Shown piece after piece: positions 35,494 through 44,740 of a stretch of 49,393 nt of DNA. The notes under the pieces are model-generated. The model was not told where the DNA came from. It made no database searches and saw nothing but the letters and a program-made list of their open reading frames with translations. The translations under genes were made by a program, and so were the position numbers. The stretch covers positions 1 through 49,393 of the forward strand of contig JALOQG010000001.1 of the NCBI GenBank assembly GCA_025453505.1, in the 5' to 3' direction. Every line of letters starts with the position of its first letter. Within the stretch, counting starts at the first letter, position 1. The stretch comes from Myxococcota bacterium. GTDB lineage: Bacteria; Myxococcota_A; UBA9160; PR03.

Positions 35494-36677
35494 GTCAGCG
35501 ACTCGAAGAACGCGACGAGCCGCGGACCGTGCACGCGCGTGTCGAACGCGCGCAGCGCGACTTCGCGGCCCCGCGCGCCGATCGCGTCCGCGCGCGCGCG
35601 GTCGCCGAGCGCCTCCGCGAGACCCCGTGCGAACGCAGCGACGTCGTCGGCCGGCACGACCCAGGCGGAGTCGCCGTGCTCGAGGTAGAGCGGGATGTCA
35701 CCGATCGCGGTCACGACCACCGGGCGCCCCGTCGCGAGATACTCCGCCAGCTTGGCAGACAGGCCCGCCTCGGACCACGGCGTCTTCGGGCGTGGCAACG
35801 CGACGACGGCAGCGCTGCCGATCGCACGGCCCGCGCTCGCGCGATCGACGGCGCCCGCGAGCGTCACGCGATCGCCGACGCCGAGTCGCGTCGCATGCGC
35901 GCGCAGGCGCTCGATCGCTCCGCTGCCCGGATCGTCGCCGAGGATCAGGAGCGCGGCGTGCGGAACGCTGCGGGCCGCGAGCGCGAAGGCCTCCAGCAGC
36001 GCGGCGAGTTCGCCGGCATGCGCGAGGTTGCCGGCGTACACGATGCGATCGGCCTCGATCGCGCCGGGTGCGAGCGGCGCGAAGCTCGCGACGTCGACGA
36101 GGATCGGAACGCGCAGCCGCGGCGCAGGTGCGTGCGCGGCCCAGTGGCCATCGAGCAGCGTCGATACGCACAGGATGCCGTCCGTGCGGCGCGCGAGTCG
36201 CGCATAGAGCCGGCGATGCAGCGCGCGACGCGTGCCGTCGCGGACGAAGCCGGACGGAAGCTCGCAGGCATCGAGCACCGTGCGTGCGCCGGCCGCGTGC
36301 GCGGTCGCGAGCGCCAGCGCGAGGCCCGAGAGCGTCTGCGCCGTGGCGAGGACCACGTCGGGAGCGGCGCCCCGTGCCGACGCCTCGCGTGCGACGGCGC
36401 GCAGGCGTCGCGCCGAGCGTACGCGCAGCCAGCGTCGCTCGACGAGCCCCACCGGCAGCGAACTCGTTCCACACACGTACTCGAACGCGACGCCGTCGTG
36501 GATGCCCTGCGCCGCCGGGTTCAAGCTCGGGCGTCCCGGCAGCTCCGTCGGAGTCGCGCAGAAGATGCGCAGCTCTGCGCCGGCCGCGCGCAGCGCGCGC
36601 GCGAATCCGTGCACCCGCGCCGTTGCGCCCGCGCCGTTGGGAAAGCCGAAGTTGTCGCCGACGATCCAAACGCGCAC
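35490..36677 (-). CDS. Glycosyltransferase family 1/4 (GT-B fold)
   Basis: 395 aa from the GTG at 36677. VWIVGDNFGFPNGAGATARVHGFARAL at the N-terminus. The C-terminal half has the EX7E-type region (PRPKTPWSEAGLSAKLAEYLATGRPVV). Confidence 0.85.
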   Translation of the reverse strand: MRVWIVGDNFGFPNGAGATARVHGFARALRAAGAELRIFCATPTELPGRPSLNPAAQGIHDGVAFEYVCGTSSLPVGLVERRWLRVRSARRLRAVAREASARGAAPDVVLATAQTLSGLALALATAHAAGARTVLDACELPSGFVRDGTRRALHRRLYARLARRTDGILCVSTLLDGHWAAHAPAPRLRVPILVDVASFAPLAPGAIEADRIVYAGNLAHAGELAALLEAFALAARSVPHAALLILGDDPGSGAIERLRAHATRLGVGDRVTLAGAVDRASAGRAIGSAAVVALPRPKTPWSEAGLSAKLAEYLATGRPVVVTAIGDIPLYLEHGDSAWVVPADDVAAFARGLAEALGDRARADAIGARGREVALRAFDTRVHGPRLVAFFESLT

Positions 36678-36750
36678 GCGCTGCGCTCCTCTGGCCGGGG
36701 CCCTACCATGCCGCCCGCTCGGCGATTTGTCAGCGAAAGGACGGCACGCG

Positions 36751-37716
36751 ATGCGCATCCTGATCACCGGCGGCATGGGCACGCTGGGCCGTTTCCTCGC
36801 GAAGGAACTCGTCGCGCGCGGCAACGACGTGTTCAGCGTCGACGTGGGCCACGGTCCCGACGAGATCGGCTTCTCGCTGCGCACCGACGTGCGTGCTCCA
36901 CGCTACGCGCGTTGCGACGTCGGCGAGTTCCGCCAGCTCGAACGCGTCTTCGATGCCGCCGGCCCCTTCGACGTCGTCTACCACCTCGCCGCCGAGTTCG
37001 GGCGCTGGAACGGCGAGGACTTCTACGAACAGCTCTGGCGCACCAACGTGGTCGGCACCAAGAACGTGATCCGGCTGCAGGAGAAGCGTCGTTTCCGGCT
37101 GGTGCACTTCTCGTCGTCGGAGGTCTACGGCGACTGGCCCGAGCTGATGGTCGAGACGGTCATGGACGAGCACGAGATCAAGCAGATGAACGACTACGCC
37201 ATGACCAAGTGGGTGAACGAGATGCAGGTGCGCAACTCCGCCGAGCAGTACGGCACGGAGTCGGTCGTCGTGCGCATCTTCAACACCTACGGACCCGGTG
37301 AGTACTACAGCCCGTACCGCTCGGTGAACTGCCGCTTCATGTACTGCGCGCTGATGGGACTTCCCTGGGTGGTGTTCCGCGGCTACGGCCGCACCTCCAC
37401 CTACGTCGAGGACACCGTGCGGACTCTCGCGACGATCTCCGATCGCTTCCGGCCCGGTGAGGTCTACAACGTCGGCGGCGACGCCTATCACACGATCGAG
37501 GAACTCTCGGACCTGATCGTGCGTGCGACGGGCGCCGACCCGGGCCTGGTCGAGTATCGGGATTCCGAGGTCCTGACGACGCGCTTCAAGCGCGTGGACG
37601 TCTCCAAGGCGATCCGCGACCTCGGGCATCGCACCACCGTGTCGCTCGAGGAGGGCGTCGAGCGCACCGTGGCCTGGATGCGAGACGCCTACCGCGACGT
37701 CCTGCCGCGTCGCTGA
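36751..37716 (+). CDS. NAD-dependent epimerase/dehydratase family protein
   Basis: 321 aa. MRILITGGMGTLGRFL, SSSEVYG, YAMTK catalytic motif. Divergent from the glycosyltransferase. Confidence 0.92.
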   Translation: MRILITGGMGTLGRFLAKELVARGNDVFSVDVGHGPDEIGFSLRTDVRAPRYARCDVGEFRQLERVFDAAGPFDVVYHLAAEFGRWNGEDFYEQLWRTNVVGTKNVIRLQEKRRFRLVHFSSSEVYGDWPELMVETVMDEHEIKQMNDYAMTKWVNEMQVRNSAEQYGTESVVVRIFNTYGPGEYYSPYRSVNCRFMYCALMGLPWVVFRGYGRTSTYVEDTVRTLATISDRFRPGEVYNVGGDAYHTIEELSDLIVRATGADPGLVEYRDSEVLTTRFKRVDVSKAIRDLGHRTTVSLEEGVERTVAWMRDAYRDVLPRR

Positions 37717-37929
37717 GCAGCTGACGCTGCGTCGGCGAGATCGCGCGCCCGACGGCTCAAGAGCGTGCAAGACGCCGCGCAAACGCTCGTATCGGGCGGC
37801 GCGGCGCGGTGTCGTTGCGGATTCCCGTCGAAGCCGCGTCTCATCGAAACTTCGCCACGCCGCCACGCCATCCGCCACCTCTTGCACGTGAGGGGCAACC
37901 CACATCCAGGGGGGCGAGAGGCATTGGCG

Positions 37930-38676
37930 ATGAAGGCGATCCGAAACTTCGTTCTGCTGACGATCGTGGCGTTCGGCGCTGCGGCGCCCGTCGGCGCGAC
38001 GCCGATCACGGTGGGCGGCGCCGGCGGCCCCTCGCTCGAGGTCGATCCGCTCTACTTCGCGGGCTACGGCGTATTCGGGCTCAGCGGGCCCGGCACGGGC
38101 GCGAACTACTTCGCCTCGTCGCCCGTCACGTGGCTCTCCGTCGCCAACGCGGCGGGCGTGGATCTGCAGGTCACGCAGGTGCTGCAGCTTCCGCCGATCC
38201 AGTTTCCGCAGCAACCGAGCCTGTCCCAGAACCCGGGCACGAACGGAGGCGTCCCCTCGACGGCCACGACCGCGCAACCGGTGGTGGTCGACTCGATGTG
38301 GACCGTTCGCAACGCGACCGATCGCACGCTCGACGACATCCTCTTCCTGATCACGCGGACGGTTCCGCAGCCGGGCTATCCGGCCCTCGACGTCGCGCTC
38401 GACGACAACCTCGTGGGCGTGCTGGAGTACACGACCGCCACTTCGACGCGGTACTACGGCGCGATCCCGCTCGGCGATCTCGATCCCGGTGAGACGGCGA
38501 CCTTCACGATGCGCTACATCGTCGCGGGCAACCTGCCCGTCATCGACTCCCGCTGTCTGCTGCCCCAGCTCGCCGCCGCTGCCATGGAAGGGGAGTACTA
38601 CGTCCCCGAGCCGACGACGGCCCTGCTGGTGGCGCTCGGATTCGTCTCGATCGCCGCGCGACGGAGATTCGCTTGA
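37930..38676 (+). CDS. PEP-CTERM sorting-domain secreted protein
   Basis: 248 aa. Signal peptide MKAIRNFVLLTIVAFGAAAPVGA. The C-terminus VPEPTTALLVALGFVSIAARRRFA has the PEP motif, a TM helix and a basic tail. Confidence 0.85.
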   Translation: MKAIRNFVLLTIVAFGAAAPVGATPITVGGAGGPSLEVDPLYFAGYGVFGLSGPGTGANYFASSPVTWLSVANAAGVDLQVTQVLQLPPIQFPQQPSLSQNPGTNGGVPSTATTAQPVVVDSMWTVRNATDRTLDDILFLITRTVPQPGYPALDVALDDNLVGVLEYTTATSTRYYGAIPLGDLDPGETATFTMRYIVAGNLPVIDSRCLLPQLAAAAMEGEYYVPEPTTALLVALGFVSIAARRRFA

Positions 38677-38690
38677 ATTCAGGCCTCCAG

Positions 38691-40349
38691 ATGCGGATCT
38701 TCGCATCGGCGTTCACCTTCTCGTTCGCGTTCGGACTCGGGATGGGCGCCACCTCGGCGCTCGCGCAAGCGGATGCCATCGCGCGTGCACGCGCCGAGCG
38801 CTTCGCCGCGGCGGGTCGCTGTGAAGAGGCGCTCGCGGTGCTCGACGAGATGGCGGCGAGCGGGCCGCTCGACGCCGCCGGCCACACCGTCGCCGGACAG
38901 TGTCAGCTCCGCCTCGAGCGATACCCCGACGCGGCACGTTCGTTCGAAGCAGCCCGCGCGCTCGATCCCGCGATTCCGCAGATCGATCTGCAGCTCGGCA
39001 TGGCGCAATTCCTCTCCGAGGACATCGCTGCGGCCGAGCAGTCCTTCGCCGCCGCACGCGCCGGCGGCACGACGGGCCCCGAACTCGACTTCTACGAGGC
39101 CCTGATCGCGCTCTCGCGCAACACCGATCCCGCCGGCGCGGCGGCGTCGCTCGAGCGGGCGGGGCGCGATCGTCCCAACTCGCTCGATCCGGCGGCCAGC
39201 TACTACGCGGGCCTCGCCTGGCGCTCGGCGCAGGACGAGGAGCGCGCGCGCGCCGCACTCGAGCGCGTGATCGAGACGCATCCGGACACCGTGTGGGCAG
39301 ACTCCGCTCGCCAGGCGCTGGAGCAGACGCAGGCCGCCGGCATCGGGGTCACCAGCCGTCCGTGGGCGAGCCTGCGGCTCGGCATCGAGTGGGACTCGAA
39401 CGTCGCGTTCCTCGGCAACGGTCTCGCGACGCCGGACGAGATCGGCTCGAAGTCCGACGTGCGCGGCGTGTGGGGCGTCGACGCGGGAACGCCGGTCGTG
39501 CACGTCGGCGAGGGCGTCATCGGCGTGCGCGGTTCCTACACGGGTAGCGCGCACACCGACGTCACCGACTACGACCTGCACTATCCGTACGCCGGGATCT
39601 GGTGGGACCAGCCGACCGGCGAGCGTTCGCTGTTCCGGCTCGAAGTCGGCGCCGGCTACGGCTGGCTCGGCTACGACCCCTACGTGATCGCGGCACCGGT
39701 CGTTTCGCCGCAGTGGTACTACGACCACGGCGAGTGGGGCGTGACGCGCCTGCACGCGAGCGCGGCCCGCTACGACTTCCGCCAGAACGACGGCGACGAG
39801 CCCGACGGCGTCGGCGTCGGGCTGCCGTGCCCGGGCGGCGCGCCGCGCTGCGGCCCGGCAGGCGTCGACGAGCGCGACTACCGCGACCGCGACGGTGTCG
39901 GCGTCGTGGCCGGCGTCCAGCACACCTTCCCGCTGCGCGACGGCCAGACGCAGCTGCGCACCGGTCCGGTCTTCGAGTACTACGGCGCGGAAGGCGACGA
40001 ATGGGACGGCTGGGGCGTCGGCGGCGAGCTCGGCGTACGCCAGGCGCTTCCCTGGTCGCTCACGCTCGACACGTCCGTGCGTTACCTCTACCGGCCGTAC
40101 TCCAACCCGTCTTCGTATCCCGACCCGGACGACGAGATCTTCGGCATCCAGAGCGAGCTCAGCGACTCCGACCGGCGCGATCACTACGTCGACGTCGACG
40201 TGCAGCTCGAGCGTCCGATCACGCGCTGGCTGACGGCGTCGGTCCGGTACAACTATCTGAACAACGACAGCAACGTGAAAGTCTTCGACTACGACCGGCA
40301 TCTCGTGGGGGGATATCTCACCTTCACATGGCAAGGAGCACCGCGATGA
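38691..40349 (+). CDS. Outer-membrane protein: N-terminal TPR domain + C-terminal beta-barrel (DUF560/Slam-like or PgaA/BcsC-like architecture)
   Basis: Signal peptide MRIFASAFTFSFAFGLGMGATSALAQ. About 200 aa of TPR-like helices follow. Alternating beta-strand patterns run from RLGIEWDSNVAF to the terminal YDRHLVGGYLTFTW. An alternative TTG start at 38673 overlaps the upstream stop. Confidence 0.72.
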   Translation: MRIFASAFTFSFAFGLGMGATSALAQADAIARARAERFAAAGRCEEALAVLDEMAASGPLDAAGHTVAGQCQLRLERYPDAARSFEAARALDPAIPQIDLQLGMAQFLSEDIAAAEQSFAAARAGGTTGPELDFYEALIALSRNTDPAGAAASLERAGRDRPNSLDPAASYYAGLAWRSAQDEERARAALERVIETHPDTVWADSARQALEQTQAAGIGVTSRPWASLRLGIEWDSNVAFLGNGLATPDEIGSKSDVRGVWGVDAGTPVVHVGEGVIGVRGSYTGSAHTDVTDYDLHYPYAGIWWDQPTGERSLFRLEVGAGYGWLGYDPYVIAAPVVSPQWYYDHGEWGVTRLHASAARYDFRQNDGDEPDGVGVGLPCPGGAPRCGPAGVDERDYRDRDGVGVVAGVQHTFPLRDGQTQLRTGPVFEYYGAEGDEWDGWGVGGELGVRQALPWSLTLDTSVRYLYRPYSNPSSYPDPDDEIFGIQSELSDSDRRDHYVDVDVQLERPITRWLTASVRYNYLNNDSNVKVFDYDRHLVGGYLTFTWQGAPR

Positions 40350-41230
40350 AGCGCACTCGAAGCTGGATGATGGCGGGTCTCGCGCTGACGCTGCCGGCCC
40401 TCGCGCACGCCGACGAAGTCGACGTGCCGGCCTACACCGCCGTGCCGCCGTGCCACGAGCTGAGCGGCGAGCCGGTGATCGGAACCGTGGTCGCGATGAG
40501 CGGGCCGGTTTCGATCGCGTCTCCCGGTTGCGCGCCGGCGCTGGCGGAATGCGGCACGGCGCTGCACGCCGGCCAGCATCTGATCACCGGCGGCGGCGCA
40601 TCGGTCGGAATGCTCGCCGGCAACCACTACGTGCAGATCGCGGAAGGCTCGCGGGTCGCGGTCGCCACGACCGACGCCGGCGCGACCCGCGTCGCCGTGG
40701 AGGCGGGTACGGCGCGCGTGATCGACGTCGGTGCGCAGCCCGGCCCGGGGCTCGAGGTCACGACGCCGAAGCTCGCGAGTACGAATCCCGGTGCCGACGT
40801 CGTTGCGGCCGCGCCCGCGCAGGGCCCGGGCACGATCTGCTCGTATGCGGATCCGATCGAAGTGCGGCAGGGCGATCGCGTCACTGCGGTGCCGGCCGGC
40901 AGCTGCATCGGCGCGACGACTGGCCCGAGCGTGCCGCCGATCGTGACGCCGGGTCCGACGGGGCTCGTCGCTCTCACGTCGGGACCTTCGGTGCCGCCGC
41001 TCTCGATCGCCGGCGTCGCGCGCTGCGACGTCGCAACCGGCGACCCGGGGATCTCGAACGTGGCGAGCGGTCCGGTGACGGCGCTGCTGCCGCCGGATCC
41101 CACGCCGCTTCCGCCGACGCCCTACTGCGTCGGTGGCTCCTGCTCGCCGAAACCCCCGCCGCCGCCGCCGAGCTGCTGCCCGGGCGGCATCGCCGAGCAG
41201 CCGGTCATCTTCGAGCCGCCGCCGGACTAG
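40346..41230 (+). CDS. Secreted protein with a FecR-like beta domain and a Cys/Pro-rich C-terminus
   Basis: 294 aa. The ATG overlaps the upstream stop (ATGA), with AAGGAG 8 nt upstream. Signal peptide MMAGLALTLPALAHA. GTVVAMSGPVSIA...LHAGQHLITGGGASVGMLAGNHYVQIAEGSRVAV is FecR-like. The tail is PKPPPPPPSCCPGG. Confidence 0.62.
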   Translation: MKRTRSWMMAGLALTLPALAHADEVDVPAYTAVPPCHELSGEPVIGTVVAMSGPVSIASPGCAPALAECGTALHAGQHLITGGGASVGMLAGNHYVQIAEGSRVAVATTDAGATRVAVEAGTARVIDVGAQPGPGLEVTTPKLASTNPGADVVAAAPAQGPGTICSYADPIEVRQGDRVTAVPAGSCIGATTGPSVPPIVTPGPTGLVALTSGPSVPPLSIAGVARCDVATGDPGISNVASGPVTALLPPDPTPLPPTPYCVGGSCSPKPPPPPPSCCPGGIAEQPVIFEPPPD

Positions 41231-41264
41231 GAGACCGACCCGAGGAGCGGTTCGGGTCAGTCTC
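41231..41264. terminator. Hairpin between convergent genes (possible bidirectional terminator)
   Basis: gagac-c-gacccga-ggagcggt-tcgggtc-a-gtctc: a 5+7 bp stem with one internal mismatch. It lies between the TAG at 41228-41230 and the minus-strand stop at 41272-41274. Confidence 0.45.
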
Positions 41265-41271
41265 GTGGCAC

Positions 41272-42186
41272 TCAGCGCAGCTCGGACTCGAGCGCTTCGG
41301 CGAGCTGCTGCACGCGGAACCGGAAGCCGAGCGCCGTCGCTCGCGCCGGTACGACGCGCCGCGAGCCGAGCAACTCGTCCGCGAGTTCGCCGAGCAGCGC
41401 GCGCAGCGCAAAGGCCGGCACCGGGATCAGCGCCGGTCGCCGCACGGTGGCCGCGAGCGTGCGCGTCAGCTCGTCGTTGCGCACGGGATTCGGCGCGACG
41501 GCATTGAAGGCGCCCGTCCAGCGCTCGTCGGTGATGGCGGCGCGGAGCATGCCGACGAGATCGTCGACGTGGATCCAGGGGAACCACTGGCGCCCGTCGC
41601 CGAGACGTCCGCCGACGCAGAGCTGGAACGCGCGCGCCATCGGAACCAGCGCACCGCCTTCGCGCGCGAGCACGATGCCGATGCGCAGCGAGGCGGTCCG
41701 CACGCCGTGGTCCGCCGCTGCCCGTGCGGCCTCTTCCCACGCGACGCAGACGTCGGCGAGGAAGCCGCTCCCGGGCGTCGCCGATTCCTCGAGCAGCGTA
41801 TCGCCACGCGATCCGTAGTAGCCGACCGCCGACGCGCACACGAAGGCGCGCGGCCGCGACGCCGCCGGCAGGGCGGCCATCGATTCCACCAGCGCACGCG
41901 TCGAGGCGATGCGGCTGTCGCGGATGCGCGCGCGCCGCGCATCGGTCAGGAGTCCGCCGAAGACCGGCTCGCCGGCGAGATGCACGACGGCGTCGAGATC
42001 CGCGAGCGCTTCGGGCGCGACGCGCAAGCCGTCCCAGACGACCGCCTCGACTCCGTTCGGGAAGCGCTTGCCCGCCGAACGCGTGACGGCGTGGACGGCA
42101 ATGCCGTCGGCGCGCAAGGCGCGCACGAGGCGCGCGCCGACGAGTCCGGTCGCGCCGGTGACGAGGACGCCGCGCCCCGCCGTCAT
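41272..42186 (-). CDS. TIGR01777/YfcH-type NAD-dependent epimerase family protein (SDR with C-terminal DUF1731)
   Basis: 304 aa. VLVTGATGLVGARL, VVHLAGEPV, GDGRQWFPWIHVDD. The ATG overlaps the upstream stop (ATGA). Confidence 0.88.
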   Translation of the reverse strand: MTAGRGVLVTGATGLVGARLVRALRADGIAVHAVTRSAGKRFPNGVEAVVWDGLRVAPEALADLDAVVHLAGEPVFGGLLTDARRARIRDSRIASTRALVESMAALPAASRPRAFVCASAVGYYGSRGDTLLEESATPGSGFLADVCVAWEEAARAAADHGVRTASLRIGIVLAREGGALVPMARAFQLCVGGRLGDGRQWFPWIHVDDLVGMLRAAITDERWTGAFNAVAPNPVRNDELTRTLAATVRRPALIPVPAFALRALLGELADELLGSRRVVPARATALGFRFRVQQLAEALESELR

Positions 42187-43187
42187 GCGCCGCTCCGCGC
42201 GGGCGCGAACGCCTCGAAGACCGCCTCGACGCTGCGCCGGTCCATCGCGAGCGGCGAGAGCACCGGCGTCGTGACCCCGGCGGCCACGAACTCCGCGATC
42301 TGCTCGCGACAGCGCTCCGCGGGGCCGAGGATCGTGATGCGATCGACGAGGTCGTCGCTCATGGCGGCCGCGACCCCCGCGCGGTCCTTGCGCGCGAAGG
42401 CGCCGGCGACGGCGCGCATCTCGTCCTCGAAGCCGCACCACGCCAGGAACTTGTTGTAGACCGGAGCCGACATGTATCCCCCGAACGCCATGCGGACCAC
42501 GTTCCGCGCCATCGCGACGTCGTCCGTGACCATCACCTGGAACCGGCACACGACCTCGTGTCGCGAGACGTCGCGCTCCGCCTCGGCGCCGCCGGCGCGA
42601 TACGCCGCGAGAATCTGCGGCAGCGCGGAGCTCGGGAACAGGTTGACGATCAATCCGTCGCCGATCACGCCCGCGAGCCGCAGCATCTTCTCGCGCAGCG
42701 CGGCCAGGTAGATCGGCACCGGCTGCTTCGGCACGTTGCCGAGCCGGAAGCCCTTCGATCGGAACGCCTCGCCCGCGAAATCCGTCTTCTCGCCGGCCAG
42801 CGCCTGGCGCAAGATCGCGACGCTCTCGCGCACGTGCGCGAGCGGCCGTTCGAACGGGACGCCGTTCCAGTCGCCGACGATGGCGTGGCTCGACGAGCCG
42901 AGGCCGAGCACGAAGCGGCCGCCCGAGAGCTGCTGCAACGTGGCGGCCGACATCGCCAGCACCGCAGGCGTGCGGTTGTACACCGGCACGATCGCGGTCC
43001 CGATCGTCGCGCGTTCGGTCGCCGTCGCGAGCGCGCCGCCGAGCGCGAACGAATCCGGCCCGCTCGTCTCGGCCAGCCAGATCGCGTCGTAACCCCACTC
43101 CCGCTCCGCCTTGCGCGCCACCTCGACGCACGCCCGCGCATCGAGCCCCGGCGCCGGCAACGAAATCGCGAGACGACCGAGGTCCAT
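42183..43187 (-). CDS. LLM-class (luciferase-like) flavin/F420-dependent oxidoreductase
   Basis: 334 aa. YDAIWLAETSGPDSF, GRFVLGLGSS, typical TIM-barrel LLM pattern. Confidence 0.9.
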   Translation of the reverse strand: MDLGRLAISLPAPGLDARACVEVARKAEREWGYDAIWLAETSGPDSFALGGALATATERATIGTAIVPVYNRTPAVLAMSAATLQQLSGGRFVLGLGSSSHAIVGDWNGVPFERPLAHVRESVAILRQALAGEKTDFAGEAFRSKGFRLGNVPKQPVPIYLAALREKMLRLAGVIGDGLIVNLFPSSALPQILAAYRAGGAEAERDVSRHEVVCRFQVMVTDDVAMARNVVRMAFGGYMSAPVYNKFLAWCGFEDEMRAVAGAFARKDRAGVAAAMSDDLVDRITILGPAERCREQIAEFVAAGVTTPVLSPLAMDRRSVEAVFEAFAPARSGA

Positions 43188-43188
43188 C

Positions 43189-43959
43189 CTATTTCGGTTG
43201 CATCCGGATGGCGCCGTCGATGCGGATGGTCTCGCCGTTGATCATGCCGTTCTCGATCAGGTGGCACGCGAGCGCCGCGTACTCGGGCGGATTGCCGAGC
43301 CGGCGCGGGAAGGGGATCTGCGACGCGAGATAGTCGCGCCCTTCCTGCGGCATCATCATCAGCATCGGCGTCGCGAAGAGCCCCGGCGCGATCGTGTTGA
43401 CGCGGATGCCGACCGCCGCGAGATCGCGTGCGATCGGCAGCGTCATGCCGACGACGCCGCCCTTCGACGCCGAGTAGGCGCACTGCCCGATCTGGCCCTC
43501 GAAGGCCGCGACCGACGCGGTGTTGACGATCGCGCCGCGTTCGCCGTCGGGTCCCGGCGCGTTCTGCGTCATGCGCGCCGCCGCGAGCCGGATCACGTTG
43601 AAGGTGCCGACGAGATTCACGCGCAGCGTCAGCTCGAAGAGTTTCAAGTCGAAGGGTTTGCCGCTCTTGTCGACGGTGCGGCCTGCCGTGCCGATGCCCG
43701 CGCAGTTGACCGCCGCGTGGATGCCGCCGAAGCGGCCGACCGCCTCGTCGAGCGCCGCCGTGACCTGCTCTTCGCTGGCGACGTCCGCTTCGCAGAAGAT
43801 CGCCGCGTCCCCGATCGACTTGGCGACCTCGGCGCCCTTCGAGCGGCCGAGATCGAGGATCGCGACGCGCGCGCCCTTCTCCGCCAGCAGGCGCGCCGTC
43901 GCCTCGCCGAGTCCCGATCCGCCGCCCGTCACGATCGCCCCGATGCCCTGGATCTGCAT
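43189..43959 (-). CDS. SDR family 3-hydroxyacyl-CoA dehydrogenase type-2-like oxidoreductase
   Basis: 256 aa. AIVTGGGSGLGEAT, VNCAGIG, YSASKGGVVGMTLPIARDL, NGETIRIDGAIRM. Confidence 0.92.
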   Translation of the reverse strand: MQIQGIGAIVTGGGSGLGEATARLLAEKGARVAILDLGRSKGAEVAKSIGDAAIFCEADVASEEQVTAALDEAVGRFGGIHAAVNCAGIGTAGRTVDKSGKPFDLKLFELTLRVNLVGTFNVIRLAAARMTQNAPGPDGERGAIVNTASVAAFEGQIGQCAYSASKGGVVGMTLPIARDLAAVGIRVNTIAPGLFATPMLMMMPQEGRDYLASQIPFPRRLGNPPEYAALACHLIENGMINGETIRIDGAIRMQPK

Positions 43960-44019
43960 GAATGCCTCCGCGCCGCCGCTCTCGTGGGCGGGGCGCGCAG
44001 CTTACCACTGCGATCGTCG

Positions 44020-44736
44020 CTACGCGTCGGGCGCGAGCACGTCTGCGAGACGCTCGCACCAGGGTCCCGCGTGCCCGCCGCCGATCGTGTGTCCGTCGAG
44101 CGACGTGATGGCGCGCGCGCCGCGCACGGCGTTCACGGCGATCACCTCGCGTGCGCGCCGCAGGTCGAAGAGCGACACGTCGGCTTCGCGAAGCTCGGAG
44201 ACCTTCTCGAGCAGGATCTCGCGCGCGATGCCGGCCTGTCCGCCGCGCGCGAGCGGCGGCGTGACGAGTGCGCCTTCGACGCGGTGCACGATCACGTTCG
44301 TGCGCGCGCCTTCGACGAGCATGCCGGCCGCGTCGAAGAGCAGCGCTTCCTCGGCGCCAGCCGCGCGCGCGGCGGCGATCGCGGGATCGTAGACGCCGCG
44401 ATCGGTGCTCTTCGCCGTGGACGTCGCAGAGGGCCCCGGGTGGCTGCCCGCAACGGCGCGCCAGGCCGGGCGATCGGGATCGAGCTCGGTGGCCGCGCCG
44501 CGCAGCCGCACTCCGATCTCCGCGTCCGCGTGCGCCTCGACGCGGACCTTCAGATCGCCGCGCACGCGACTCGGCGCGGCGAGCTCGTCGAAGAGGCGCC
44601 GGCACGCCGCCACGTCGAACGGCGGCAAGCCGATGCAGAGCGCGTCGCGCGAGAGCCGTCGCAGGTGGCGGTCGAGATGCCGGACGCGGCCGCCGGAGGC
44701 GCGGGCGCTGGTGAAGCAACCGCGCCCTGCCGCCAC
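44020..44736 (-). CDS. Aminotransferase class IV family protein (PabC/aminodeoxychorismate lyase-like)
   Basis: 238 aa, GTG start. LDRHLRRLSRDA, STAKSTDRGVYD, TNVIV..G.LVTPPL..G.QAGIAR. The N-terminus is shorter than in typical family members. Confidence 0.78.
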   Translation of the reverse strand: MAAGRGCFTSARASGGRVRHLDRHLRRLSRDALCIGLPPFDVAACRRLFDELAAPSRVRGDLKVRVEAHADAEIGVRLRGAATELDPDRPAWRAVAGSHPGPSATSTAKSTDRGVYDPAIAAARAAGAEEALLFDAAGMLVEGARTNVIVHRVEGALVTPPLARGGQAGIAREILLEKVSELREADVSLFDLRRAREVIAVNAVRGARAITSLDGHTIGGGHAGPWCERLADVLAPDA

Positions 44737-44740
44737 GGTC

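Noticed and set aside
36678-36884. Longer version of the glycosyltransferase starting at the ATG at 36758 (or the track start at 36884)
   Set aside because: That extension would overlap the divergent epimerase start (ATG 36751 lies within the palindromic ATGCGCAT) and adds an Arg/Pro-rich non-conserved segment. The GTG at 36677 (VRVWIVGD...) gives a family-typical N-terminus.
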